Below the pieces are notes generated by a model, which worked only from the letters and a program-made list of their open reading frames with translations, was not told where the DNA came from and searched no databases. Position numbers and translations under genes: made by a program. Shown here piece by piece: positions 25,916-39,100 of a DNA stretch of 64,000 bases. Each line of letters opens with the position of its first letter. Position 1 is the stretch's first letter. Source of the DNA: Nemertoderma westbladi (taxonomy: Eukaryota; Animalia; Xenacoelomorpha); contig JAUCBJ010006630.1 of assembly GCA_032718475.1 (NCBI GenBank), positions 23,117 to 87,116 on the forward strand. The letters are read 5' to 3'.

Positions 25916-27249
25916 ATTTGATTTGTACAGTCGAATGCCTACTGCTAGATTACAGTTAAAGCAAGTCTAGTAATTCAGTATCAACTGTTAGCCTAGTAAT
26001 TAATTACCAATACTGCTACTCAGTGTAGCATGATATATATAATATATTAGAATACCGGTATGCTTATAGTATATATATAAGTATTATTACAGACTAGGTT
26101 TGTCACAGAATACCGGTATATAATTTTAGCACAAATATATAAATATATAATAGGCCTATCGTGAATACCGGTATACAGCTTACACTTATAGTATATATAA
26201 GTATAATTATGGACTAGAATTAATTACAGAATACCGGTATAATTTCAGCCTAAATTTATTGAAATAAATATAATAAGCCTATTGTAAATACCGGTATGTC
26301 AATTATTTTAAAATAATTGAATTTCTGAATTTTAGGGGTTACTTGGTTACTTTACTTTACTTGATTACCGTTATTTAAGCAGTAGTCCAACTGACATTAA
26401 GACCTAATTGATGTATGGCAGGCCTACTATTTTATAAATTGGTTTGAGTTGATTTATAATATATATACCCGTATGAGGGGTTTTTGTTACAATATTGAAA
26501 TATATGTTATTATTTCTGGGAAGTAATCACTACACAAAAGCTGTGCGCTCTCAGTGAAGTGCTACTTGTTGGACACTAAAACAAATAATTATACTTTCCT
26601 AAGTTACTTATCTACGAATTACGTACAATACGGGTGAGATTACAATCTCTAAATAAACACAAAAAATTACAAATACACAAATACAAATTTTCTAGGGTAA
26701 TTTTACAGGAAGTCTACAAACCAGCCTAACAAAGGGTTAGAAATCTGGTTATTACAAACGGACAGGATACTACGGTATTTGAAAATAACAAGCCGTAGTA
26801 AATATATTGCATTGTCCAGATAGGAAAATACCACCGTCTGACGACTTATAGCCGTATCGCTATAAGTACTACGTTATGTATCACGGAGTGTCCCTACCTG
26901 GAAGTTAATTACCGCGGTCTACCAGAACCAACGTGCCTATTAACCACTTTACAACACAAATATACTGCCCACACACTAATTACCTTCGGAAAGCACTGTA
27001 CACTAAACCCTAAATTAGGTACAAGTACTTGTACAACAAATAACCAGCAGTTAGAAATACTTGAACAGCTAAAAGAACCACGGCATCTGCTGGAGTGACC
27101 GGTGCACAAAATCACCAGTCTTTACCTACGCCAAGCAGCCCTGATGTAGTACCGGGGTTAATTTAACTATAACGGTATGTATAACAAGCACAATTACTGT
27201 AGGAATAAACTTGGGGATATGAAAGTTGCAAATAATCGCATAAACTCTG

Positions 27250-27830
27250 AATAATAAATATTACGCTACCCGTACAAACTACTCAAACAAAATACAAACC
27301 AAACGCTGGCAGACTACTATCAAGCCTAAATAAATTACAGTATGTGCAGATTCCGAAATGGTTAGTTAGTATGCGTTCTAACCGAGTAGTACGACTTATT
27401 CTTTCGAGGGGGATTTACCTTACAGCTCTGGCTGCCCCTACTTTCCTAACCGGCACTTTATCGGACATACACTCTACACACACCACAATCTCTTCAGACC
27501 TAACAACAGCCAGACAACAATCTAGCCTACAAATTATCTGAATAAGAAATATTACGGTACCTGTACAGACTACACAAACAAAGTACAGACCAAACGCTGG
27601 TAGACTACTATCAAGCCTAAATAAACTACAGGACATGCAGACTCCGAAATGGTTAGTTAGTATGCGTTCTAACCGAGTAGTATGACTTATTCTTTCGAGG
27701 GGGATTTACCTTACAGCTCTGGCTGCCCCTACTTTCCTAACCGGCACTTTATCGGACATACACTCTACATGCACTGCAATCCATTCAGACCTAACAACAA
27801 TCAGACAACAGTTTAGCCTACAAATTATCT
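27250..27830. repeat. About 290-bp tandem duplication in the 5' leader of element 1
   Basis: Two copies of ...CCGAAATGGTTAGTTAGTATGCGTTCTAACC...; single copy in element 2 (about 42440-42730). Confidence 0.8.
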
Positions 27831-28177
27831 GTACGATCTGAGCAGACTTACACGCCTTCTGCTCAATATTAGCCTACTAGTAAATAAAACTGACAGAAAT
27901 AAGTAAACCATGCAAAGGAATAAGGGGTGATCAATCCCTAATCCCCTAACAGCCTACAATATACAATATATCACAATTGAAATAATACTGATGTACCTAT
28001 ACTGCTGTAAGTGCCGGTTCCGGTGGTTAGGTAGTTAGGCCTACAGGTTACCGGTCGACCGGTACTTCAGCTTTATTGCTTACGGCAATAAAGAAGCAAT
28101 AACCGTTATTGTTCTTACCAGAACAATAGTAAACTGTATTTATTGCCTACACTGCAATCAGAATTAATAACTGTTAC

Positions 28178-29700
28178 TGTTTGCGCTTTTAAGACCTTTG
28201 GCAGTTTAACCCGCCAAATCTATATGTCTTCTAGGTTATAAATCGACTTTAGCCTATGACAAGTATTTGACACAAATAAATCCAACATTAGCCGAAGCCA
28301 GTCTATGCGCGACCATTCACCCGCTGGATATACCCGGATGCTTCGGATGATTCGGATGATTCGGATGCTTTAATTTGTTTGCGGTGCAGGCCTACCGTAC
28401 TATTCGATTGATCGTTAATATAATTCCTGACAAATATCATTCACTTTCGGGAAATATTAGCAGTTCCTTTAGGACGTTGCGCTCTATCTATATAAACAGA
28501 GCTATGGCTTACACTAAACACAACGGAATGGATTATAAGTTACACATAAGGCGCATTCTTTAGGTGATGCTTTGTTACGCGGACAAGCACATACAGACTA
28601 TTGCACACCGCTGCACACTGAATTGCCGATAGTCACTGATTTTAATCATATATAAAGAGAATAGCAACCGACATTTGTAGGGCCTATAAAATAGCATTTA
28701 ATTCACTACAAACCACGATAATATAAGTCGCAATTGCTATATGTAACCGGTCTCTCTAACCTTAGTGTATCAAGAAGATCGGGGTTTCTGATCGTTTATC
28801 GTTATTCTCCAAATAACAATATGTAAACAACTGATACAATTAATAACAAACAGTAAATAGCAGTAAATAATGTGCAATACAGCAGTAGGTACCGTACCGT
28901 ACCGTACCGTACCGTACCGTACCGTACCGTACCGTACCGTACCGTACCGTACCGTACCGTACCGTACCGTACCGTACCGTACCGTACCGTACCGTACCGT
29001 ACCGTACCGTACCGTACCGTACCGTACCGTACCGTACCGTACCGTACCGTACCGTACCGTACCGTACCGTACCGTACCGTACCGTACCGTAACGTACCGT
29101 ACCGTACCGTACCGTACCGTACCGTACCGTACCGTACCGTACCGTACCGTACCGTACCGTACCGTACCGTACTGTACCGTACCGTACTGTACCGTACCGT
29201 ACCGTACCGTACCGTACCGTACCGTACCGTACCGTACCGTACCGTACCGTACCGTACCGGTAACAGTTATGTGTTCTTATAATTAAAGCCGTTCTAATGT
29301 TGGAATAATTCAGAATAATTCCATAGCCGATGTTCTAGGCTCTGGAAAAACCAACACACTGAACCCTGTGAGCTGTTGCAGGTAGCTTTCAACACAAAGA
29401 GGAAAAGCTCTCATTGGCAGAGTTCCATATTCCACAGATTCCACGAATGTCTAAATGCCGAACTATTCGGGTTTTTGCAGCCCTTAGACAACACACAGGA
29501 TGAATCACTCTGATTGGTTGACCTTGCTCTGGTTGGTTGATCGAACAGAACAAAGAGGCCATACGTACAGCAAATCAGCCAATCAGCCGGTAGCTTGCAT
29601 CATTTGAGTTAGGGAGTTTTTCTTTAGAGTATTTGAGCGCATTGAGGGAAACTGGATTGCGAAGCAAAAGGGCCAGTTATATCCCACAAAAGCTTTTACA
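28178..29700 (-). repeat. 5' LTR of element 1
   Basis: Direct repeat of 18005-19195 with an expanded microsatellite. Confidence 0.92.
28888..29259. repeat. (TACCG)n microsatellite, about 74 units
   Basis: Direct observation; the homologous array at 18674-18754 has about 16 units. Confidence 0.95.
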
Positions 29701-30211
29701 TGGTTGATTACCTTCCGCCTATCCATTGCATACAACCCTGCTGCCGATTCTAAGGGTCCTTTTGTTACATAAATCTTACACATATCTTACACATATCCTT
29801 CATGCAGCATAAAGGAGGTGCCACCTGTAGCTTCATAGACCCTCTTACTAGGGAAAATATGGTCCTGTAACTAGGACCCCCTTTGTTCTAGGATAAGGAC
29901 GCCCTTGGTGCTGGATTAAGTAGCCATATACTTGGCTGCAGTGGTAAAAGCACCCCCCAACCCCCACTATGGATTACATTAGTAATGCGGAGTTCCAGCC
30001 ACTAGAGGCCAGTGGAATGACTGGACACAATCGGCCTCACAGGCGTCAATTATCTCCTGACCGGCTGCCTGTCTCACTCCCTACTGGAGAGAGAGCGGCA
30101 AACGATTCTTTGAGTCCCTTTCCTGATGACCTTTCTGGCCCAAACCCTGGGTCACCAGGGAGGCCAGATTATGAGGGGGAGAGGGATTCTGGAGTTGGAG
30201 GCTACTCTCAT

Positions 30212-31403
30212 TGTTCGCGCTTTCAGACCTTTAGCAGTTTAATCTGCCAATTTTAGGTGTCCTCTTGTTTATACGTCGACTTTAGCCTACAATAATTATT
30301 TGGTACACATGAAGTAACATTAGCCGAAACCAGTCTATGCGCGACCAATCACCCACTGTTAAGGGAGACTGAATTCAGGCGCTTTGAAGTTATTGCGGTG
30401 CAGACCTACTGTATTATTTGATTGATCGTTACTATATAATCTCTGACAATATTATTCACTTCCGGGGAGATATTAACAGTTCCTTTAGGACGTGGCGCTT
30501 TAAGTATAAAACAGAGTTATGACTTACACTAAACACAACGGGGTGACTACTGATTCTTGCAAATATCGCATTCTTTAGGAGATGCTTTGTTATCAGTCAA
30601 ACTGCTTCACACGACTTCACACTAATGCACACTGATCTGCCGACCGTCACTGAATTCGATCATATATAAGGAGGATAGCAACTGACACATGTAGGGATTA
30701 TGAAATAGCATTTAATTCACATAAAACCACTATAATGTAAGTCGCAATTGCTACAGGTATCCGGTCCCTCTTACCTTCAGTAATCAAGAAGATTGGAGGT
30801 TTTATGATTATTTATCGTTATTCTCCAAATATAACAACATATCCATCCATATATAATAATTAAGGACAGACAGTAAACAGAAGTAAAATAATGCAATTAA
30901 CAATCAGTATGTTACGTAGTGCATTGAGTTAATGCCACCAGTATGCCGTATGATCAGCAATGAGTCAGGTAAGATAACAGCTTTGCACTCCTATAATCAA
31001 AGCTATCTAATGTTGGCCAAAGTCTGAAACTTCCACAACAGAAGTACAGAAGATTTCCAAGCCGGTTCTTCTGGCCCAGAAAGGTAAAAAAAACCAAGAC
31101 TGACATGCCTATTACGGTTTACATAGGCTCTTGTCACACATAAAATGAAAATCGCTCTGATTGGCTGAGCCAAACAAAGAACAAAGAAAAGTTCCACGTT
31201 GGCTGTAAATCAGCTGATAGATTGCGTCATCTGAGTTCCCGTCTTTTAGAATATTAAGCGCATTGCGGAGAAAATGGCTTGTTATGTCCACTAAAGCACA
31301 CATGCAGACATAGCGGGTAAAAATGGCTTGTTTTGTCCGCTAAAACACCTACACGGTATATTGCATAGAAAAATGGCTTGTTATATCCGCAAAAGCTTTT
31401 ACA
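30212..31403 (-). repeat. 3' LTR of element 2
   Basis: Direct repeat of 42975-43981, which lacks about 185 bp present here. Confidence 0.92.
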
Positions 31404-31481
31404 CCACTCCCAGAAAATGGGATTTAATTATATAAAATATAAAAAATCACAGTTTCTAAAATATAAAAATACTCTAAACAG

Positions 31482-34461
31482 TTAGTCCTTCTTACTTAAA
31501 CGGTGTTTACGCAGTTTTTTGAGGCTAGCAAGAGTCTTTTTCTCTTTGGGCCGAGCCACTTTACGAGGAGGGCTATAACTCCTAGGTGAGGGGTGCAATA
31601 CAATTGCATCAGAAGGTTTGGGGTTACGGTCGGTGTATCCGCCGGTCGAGGTACCCGGTTGATCGATATCAACCTCTGAGGAACGAGGTCGAACAACCTT
31701 TAGAGCGCGTTTCAAGACAGCAGCTCTTACTGGTCCCTGACGAGTCGTCTGCACGAGAGCGGTAGGCGGACCATGAGTAGTAAGGAACTTCCTAGGTTTG
31801 ATGGTTCTTTCTAACTCGTGTTCTCGGGCTCTATATTCATAGGCTCATCTATGAACTTCCTGTAGTTCTGGATGCGAGTTGATGAACAAGTCACCATATT
31901 CCGGATTTTGACGGATGAAGTTGATCAAGTTATAGGAATTAAGATCATTAAGATTGATGTTCCTGAGATACTTGCGAACAAATTTGGTTGAAATATTCTC
32001 GCCAACACGCTTCATTAGTTTGTAACTCGGTGTGCGAGATTTATGCTCAATGGAAGCAAATAGATACGGATGAAATATATAAACTCCTTCATAGGCACGT
32101 CCAGGGTAATATCGATGACGTGACTCGCAGTGGAGATCCGCGTTCGCTTCCCAGGCTCGAATGTAGCACAGGGTAATCATTTCATCTACACTCTCTAGAT
32201 CTTGATTGAAAGGGCAATCAAAACTGGCGTGTCCTTTAAACTGGTACTGATGGCATTGAGTCATAAATTGAGGGCAGACTGCAAAGATGTGTAAGTTATT
32301 GAGTCTACAATACGCACAATACACCTTCATTGTAGGTTGGTCTTGGAAGTAGGAGCAGGGTGTGCTGGAGTCCACTGGGGTAAAATGGTCTCGTGATGAG
32401 CACAATCGGTAACTTTTCCGAGAAACATAATTGGCATGCCGATAATCGTATGCGGTGAGACATTGTGGACCTTGATACCATTCCAGGACGTGGTCGTTGT
32501 CACTGCTCCGTGGCGCTGTGGGCTGCATCTCCTCGGATTCTAAGAATATTGGTTTGTCTTCCAATTGTATAGCTGAGGTAGGTGTAGCTGTCTCCTCAAG
32601 CGAACCCACTGTTTGAACTTCCATGATAGAATAACCTGTGGGAATTCGGGGTCTTTGTATAACAGAGGAATGTAAGTTCTGTATACAAACGTCCTTGAAA
32701 ATAGCGAAGCCAGCACTGTCTAACTTCTCAGCAGCTGAGTCTCTTAGGCTGAGCTTAGTTAGAGCGCGGTCCTTAAACTGACTATCAACGTTACGGAACG
32801 GAGTCAGAAAGCGCCTAAAGCATTCGAATCGGATGAATTTATTGTGTTCATCTAGCTTGGCGAGTTTGGTTCCGAGTATCAAGGGATGGGCACGTATAGT
32901 ACGACTGCACACATCAGCTAGCCAACCGGGAAGTGCGGTGTTCTCGAGGATAGTGTGCATAGCTAATGAGGGACGAAGGGGAACACTGATAAAGCTATAC
33001 ACAACGCCAGGTGCGGTCAATGGTCCGTCGAAGTATAATCGAGAATAATGATCTCCATATACTTGTTGATAGTTGATAGGGTTTCCGACTTTGAAATTCC
33101 ATCCGTATTCTTGGAAGGCAAGATGTCCGATGGAGGTTTGTTGTACTTTATTAATGCCGCTGGGTGTATTGGCATACATAGTTCGGAAAAAACCTCGGCC
33201 TTCTGCCCAGGGAGCAATCAGCTGGGTGTCTACGAAAGGATATGGGATATTCTCCATGTTGCTGTTGTATGCCTAATATGTCTGCCATTGATGGTAGAGA
33301 GCAAGGGAAGACCTATGTCGTATTCAGCAATATTCAGAAATACGATCTTAGTAGGAGGATTCAACATTCGAAGACCATCTCCAAATGAATTTATCCCCGA
33401 TCATTAATGGAGGTGAACAACCAGATTTATGACACATAATGGTACCAGTTGTTCACTGACTGTCTATGTGTCCTTTCAGTCCTTGTATCACGGTCGTGGA
33501 CTTGAGGAAAATAGGGGTGGTTGATTATCTAATCAACAACAAGAGGAGTAGGAGTTGATACTATGAATATTAACACAATGGTACATGGACAGGAGGTGTG
33601 GACACCAATATAAGCATCCAAATAAACCGTAAGGGATGAGGAGGTTTAGTAGGAGGCGGTACGATCAATACCACGATACCACTATGATTGGTCGATCATC
33701 TACCAAAAGCTCCAAGCGCGTTGGGTAGAGAAGATGGGAAGAAGAGGGTTTCTCTATCAATGTCTTGTATCCTTGATAGCGATAGATAGAGGGAGAATAG
33801 TAGTAGGGAGAAAGAAGGATATGTGGGTAATATCTATAAGAGACCACAATGGACATGTTTCCCTTTTACGTCCTTACTCATTCTTACTCTTTGATTGTGA
33901 CACTAATCACAATAATTGCAGGAAGAGGATGAAATAAGAGGAAATTACAGCCTCCCGAAGGAGACCGCCCGCGAGCACCCGCGCCCCGGGAAAAACTATT
34001 CACATTATGGACCCTGGACATAAACGTATGAATTTTCTCCAGCTGGTTCTCCTCTACTTGTCTTTACAAGCATTCTTCCACATTCTATCTTTCGAGAGGT
34101 TTCGAATAGAACTTTCGTGTTCAATTCTCAGTTTATCATTCCGACTCCACTGGGTATGATATTTAAATAGAACCATTTCCCTTTCGGTGTCTACATCGTC
34201 TGTATCGTGTAAATCGATAGGATGACCAGTAGTTAAGAAGTCCATATACGTACCATTACGATGTGTATAGCGAGCTGTGAATTTTCTATAGTCCAATTCA
34301 CGCGTGAGTTGTTCTTTTGACATTGGCGGTTCGATATAATGGCCATCATCCTCCGTAATGGGTTGACTGGCGTTGCCGCGTATTAAACTATCAACAAACG
34401 CCTACAATGGTAGGGTATATGGTTCCCTGATACCAAGATCATCTTCTATCAACTCAGTCAT
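31482..34461 (-). pseudogene. Accessory gene of element 2 (exonuclease-like C-terminal half and degenerate CCHC knuckles), fragmented
   Basis: ORF 31845..33257 aligns along its length with ORF 55628..59092 (PFVDT, Y.W.FK, HPL..G, RFLTPF, WE..AD.H, VR.Y.R..N); N-terminal pieces at 34054-34461. Confidence 0.8.
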
Positions 34462-36136
34462 AGTTGCCGTATGAGTTTATCAATATTATAATCAATAATA
34501 TTTAGGCTAGCGGTCTTCGCTGCCTACCCCTCAAGGCCCCCGGACAGCGCAAGATCCTCAGCGCTGATGTACTGTTGTCGCTGTGCCTCTCGCCAACGTA
34601 GTAGCTACACAACGACAACAATAGCACGCGCGAGTCACTCCACTGTCCGTCCCAAGGGCTTAGATTTACTTCAGGTTCTTGCTACAGAGGTAGGGCTACT
34701 TTCACAACTGCAACCCGCTACTGTAAACACATTTTAGTAGTAACATTCACCTATAAACGCACAAATTCCACACAACTGTCACAAATTGTACACATTCGGG
34801 CCATTTGTCCGTTAGTCAAGTGCCTTCCAGAATGCCACGTTATTATTATGTATCCCTGGATAATAGCAGTGTGCTATTTATTCCGTATGCTATTCAAAGG
34901 GGCAAGCTTTCTATTGTTCTTTTAACTCGCTTCTAATTCTAGCGTGGTTGTTGCTATGGTGACATTATGGAAAGCTAGCAGTAGAATTAGGGTAATTCTC
35001 ATGCATACAGATCTGGGATGCTATTTAATAGTAATTCTTTAATTGTCAATATTCCCCTTTATACATGATTTTATGAATTTTATCGGCTATTGACTATATA
35101 TTGGAGATTCTTGCACACTAGTATACTTAATAGGGTAAATCTCCGCTCCCATGATCTATTAATTAATGGAATTTTGGGAATGTTATAAATTGTATAAAAT
35201 GGATATGAATTTAAATTTATTCCCGTAAATTTTATTATTTATCTTTAAAATAGACACAATTTTATTCCAGAACAGGTCTGGGACTAGGAACCTTAATTCT
35301 AGGAAATTCGTCCTTTTAAGAGTATCGGTAAGTGCTACGATATCTTAATTGACTAGAATTTTAAAGGATCTGAATTTTAACAGATTTGGATTTATTGATT
35401 TTCTAGAGTTAACTTGTAAGTATTTACTCTATTATATTTGTTTTGACAAATTTTTAAATATTAAATAATTAATATTTAAGATAGGCACCGAATTATTCCA
35501 GAACTTGTCTGGGGACGTTAACCACTGATTCTAAAATTTTGTCTTTCAAGTATATCGGTAGGTGCCGCGATATCTTAATCGACTAGAATTACAGATGGTC
35601 AAAGGGTTTAACAGATTTATTTTGCGTTTTACGCTACTGTTAAAGGGACATCACGCTACTATATGTATTATTTAAGATACGGAATGAGAGCAATATCGCA
35701 AGAAGCAATGTCAGTGAGAAGAGGCAAGTCATTTCCAAGGTCTACCCAGAGCTTGGTTTAGCCGAGACACAAGGATCTGAACTTTGCATTCCTAATACTC
35801 TACTTACCAATAATACTTGAATATAGTAGGATCTTTATTGTACTTTAATAAGTACGGACATTTCATCTTACCGTAGTCACGTATTTATAATATGATACGG
35901 ACAGTAAGGAAAGAGAAAATAATGATTTCTCGCGTTACACTAAATATATAATAAGTAATTAAGTAATAAACACGAATATATATTGCACTAGTCTACTAAA
36001 TAATCGCTAAAATAACCTTCTACTAAATAAAATTAAAGAAAACGATTATAATAAAATTACATAATAATACATTCATAAATATAAAAATAATAAAAAATTA
36101 TAAAATAATATAGTCACACACCCACTCCAGACGCGG

Positions 36137-39100
36137 TTACGTTGGGGAGTCCCTAGATGTTTGTTGGATTAGGGAGATGGTTGTGGGAAGAGTATCTTGC
36201 CTTCCATAGTTTCCGGATAGTTCTCTGTCTCTTTCCAGTAAACCTAAACGACCAACTGGGCGATTGAGCTGCTGCGTTTCGAATAGAATTCCAGGTTTCT
36301 TAAAGTTACGTCGCATGACGACGAGTTCTACTGATCGCACTAAACCATCATTGGATACATGAGTCTCGATGATACGACCTGTCTGCCACCGCTTATGTGG
36401 AAGATCTGATTCCACAATAAGGACCATGTCTCCGGCGCTGACGTTTTCTTGCTGCGCAAACCACTTGGTTCGAAGTTGTAGCATAGGCAGATAATGTTTT
36501 TGAAATGGTCAGCGAAATGACGGGATAATAACTGCATAAGTTGCCAAGTTTGTCGGCAGTATTCGTCTCTGTCTGTGATTTCCGATTGTGGGAGCATGGC
36601 TACAGGTTTCTTCAGTAGGAAGTGCGCGGGTGTAAGCGCTTCTAGGGAGTCGGGACTTGATGAGACTGGCATAAGCGGTCTCTCGATAAGATAGGCGGCA
36701 ATTTCCTCCATTAACGTCCACAAAAGTTCGTCGGTGAGATAAGCGCGGCAAGGCACTATAAAGTGAAATGCGGTCTTCACACTCCTTATTAATCTCTCCC
36801 AACTTCCTCCCCACCAAGGGGTGTCGGCGGCGTTAAAGGTCCAGCTAGATGATGTTACCCTTAGCTGATCGTCCACCTGTCTTTGGTTCCAATATCTAAT
36901 GTAAGCTTTGATCTCATTATTGGCACCAATGAAGTTCGTTCCCTTATCAGATCTCATCGTGTTGCTAGTTCCAAAGCGAGCAATCTGTCGGCGTAAACTC
37001 AGTATGAAGCTGTTGATAGATAGATCGTTCACCATATCTAGATGTATCGCTCTACAAGTCATACAGACAAAGATGACACACCATCGCTTGACTATAGTTC
37101 TAGCACGATATACTTCAATAGGGCCAAATAAATCCATACCGGTATTAGTAAAGGGTGGTTCATAGAAGCTTACGCGTTCCCTAGGTAATTCTGCCTCGCG
37201 CTGTGTTAAAGGCCTTCTGAATGCTTTCCTACAGGGTATACAGTTCCTAAGAACTTGGTTCAGAGCTCTACAGGGTTTTTGAAAATAATAGCGAGTTCGA
37301 ATTTCGCTAAGAACTCGTTCTCTACCAGCATGGTAAAGCTTACTGTGAACATCTACAATCATCTTGATTTGTATTTCAAGATTTCTAATGAGTAGGGGAA
37401 ACTTAGTGTCAAAGGATAATGGAGCATTAGTTAGTCTTCCTCCAACGCGTATTAACCCATCTATCATTGTGCTAGAGAAACGATCCCTTAAGCGCATCTG
37501 TGGATTTCTCAACAACAGGAAATACTTATCGGAATCCTCATAGTATTGCAGGAGTCTCAGTATATGCTTATTTGTTTCTTCATGCTCTTGTGGTAACTGA
37601 TCCTCTCCTTCAGAAATCTGTCTGATATATTGTATTTGGGAAGATCTTTAACAACATGGACCTGTGCAGATGTCAGTGGAGCGGTATCACTAGCAATCTT
37701 CGTCCTGGAGTAATGATGGTGGAAGCATCGCTTCAAATACACGACGGCCTTACAAAGCCGAGCTATAGTGATTTATCACTCTCTGCAGGAGAGGTGAGAG
37801 TCCCTGCGAGACGTCTGGTGTTCCAGATTTCCAGTCTCTCTCTCTGTTGTGGAGATTCACAACAGATTTATTTGTGGCGGGTGAGTTTAGATCCACAGCG
37901 TCGTCTCCAGAAGTGTGTAGTACAGATAGATCTATCACTGGTTTGAATAACTTTGATTTACTCGTCCGGGTTTTAGGTTTCAATTTCTCCGCTCCCTTGG
38001 CTTGTCTAATCTCAGACGTGGTAAGATGAGGAGGCCATTCATCTTCTTCTTTACTTAGGAAGTCGGGTCCACCTAACCAGTCTGGAGTATCTATCAGTTC
38101 TTGAGGAGTTGCTCCTCTGGAGGCGATGTCAGCTGGATTAATCGTCCCATGGCAATGTCTCCATTGATCTACATTAGTGCGACTAAGTATAATGGCTACT
38201 CTGTTGGTAACAAAGACGCTGAACTGACAGACTTCATTGGTTATATACTCCAAAACGAGTAAAGCATCAGTCCAATAGACAGTTTTCTCCAGTGGATAGT
38301 CGATCTGTTTTGTTACATTCCAGCCGATGGCTGTAGCATATAGAGCCGCTTTTAACTCCGCTCGAGGAACTCGTAATTTGTTGTTTATCAAGGCCTTAGA
38401 GGTAACCAAGGCAACTTTAATTCCATCCGGAGATTTAACTCTCAGGTAGGCTACTATACCTATTCCCATATCGCTGGCGTCTCCAGACACATGGAGTTGA
38501 TAGGAATATGTGGGGAGAACGTGACCAAAATATGAACGGGAAATCGTAAAGTTCTCGATGGATGGTAGAGAATCTTCCCATTTCATCCACTTCTTTAGTA
38601 GTTCTCCCTTAAGTGGATTGTCCCACGAGTGGTTTTCAAGCCACATTTGTTGTACTAAACTCCGAGCAACCAATATAACGGGGCTAATAAATCCCAATGG
38701 ATCGAAATAAGTGCTCAGGATACTTAGACAAATCCGTTTAGTTCGAACTGGATTATCTCGCCTTTTTAGCTGGAAAAACAGGATATCTCTCTCCGTGTCC
38801 CATTTCAAACCAAGCGTCTTGGTTTCTGGAAGATTGTCCTTGATAAGGTCCAGATCTTTAACACCTCAATCTTCCGCCGGGATCGATTCCAGAAACTCAC
38901 GGGAGTTACTTGTGAATTTGGTTAGTCGAAATCCACCGCGTTTCAAGCACTCTACCGTTCCCTTGGCAACATCAATGGCTTCTTCCACTGATGGGAGGGA
39001 CTTTAAATTGTCGTCCATGTAGATATCCCGTTTGATGTTGTCGATAACCGCTTTTAAGAAGGCGTCCCGGTTGTCATCCACAGTAGTACGCACCACTGAG

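Larger units (their letters stand above)
18005..29700 (-). mobile_element. Bel/Pao LTR retrotransposon, element 1 (gag-protease retained; RT, RNase H and integrase deleted)
   Basis: LTRs 18005-19195 and 28178-29700; TSD TGGTT (18000-18004, 29701-29705); PPT GGGAGCGG next to 19195. Confidence 0.92.

Noticed and set aside
28870-29286. ORFs of (TVPYR)n
   Set aside because: Translation of a pentanucleotide microsatellite inside an LTR
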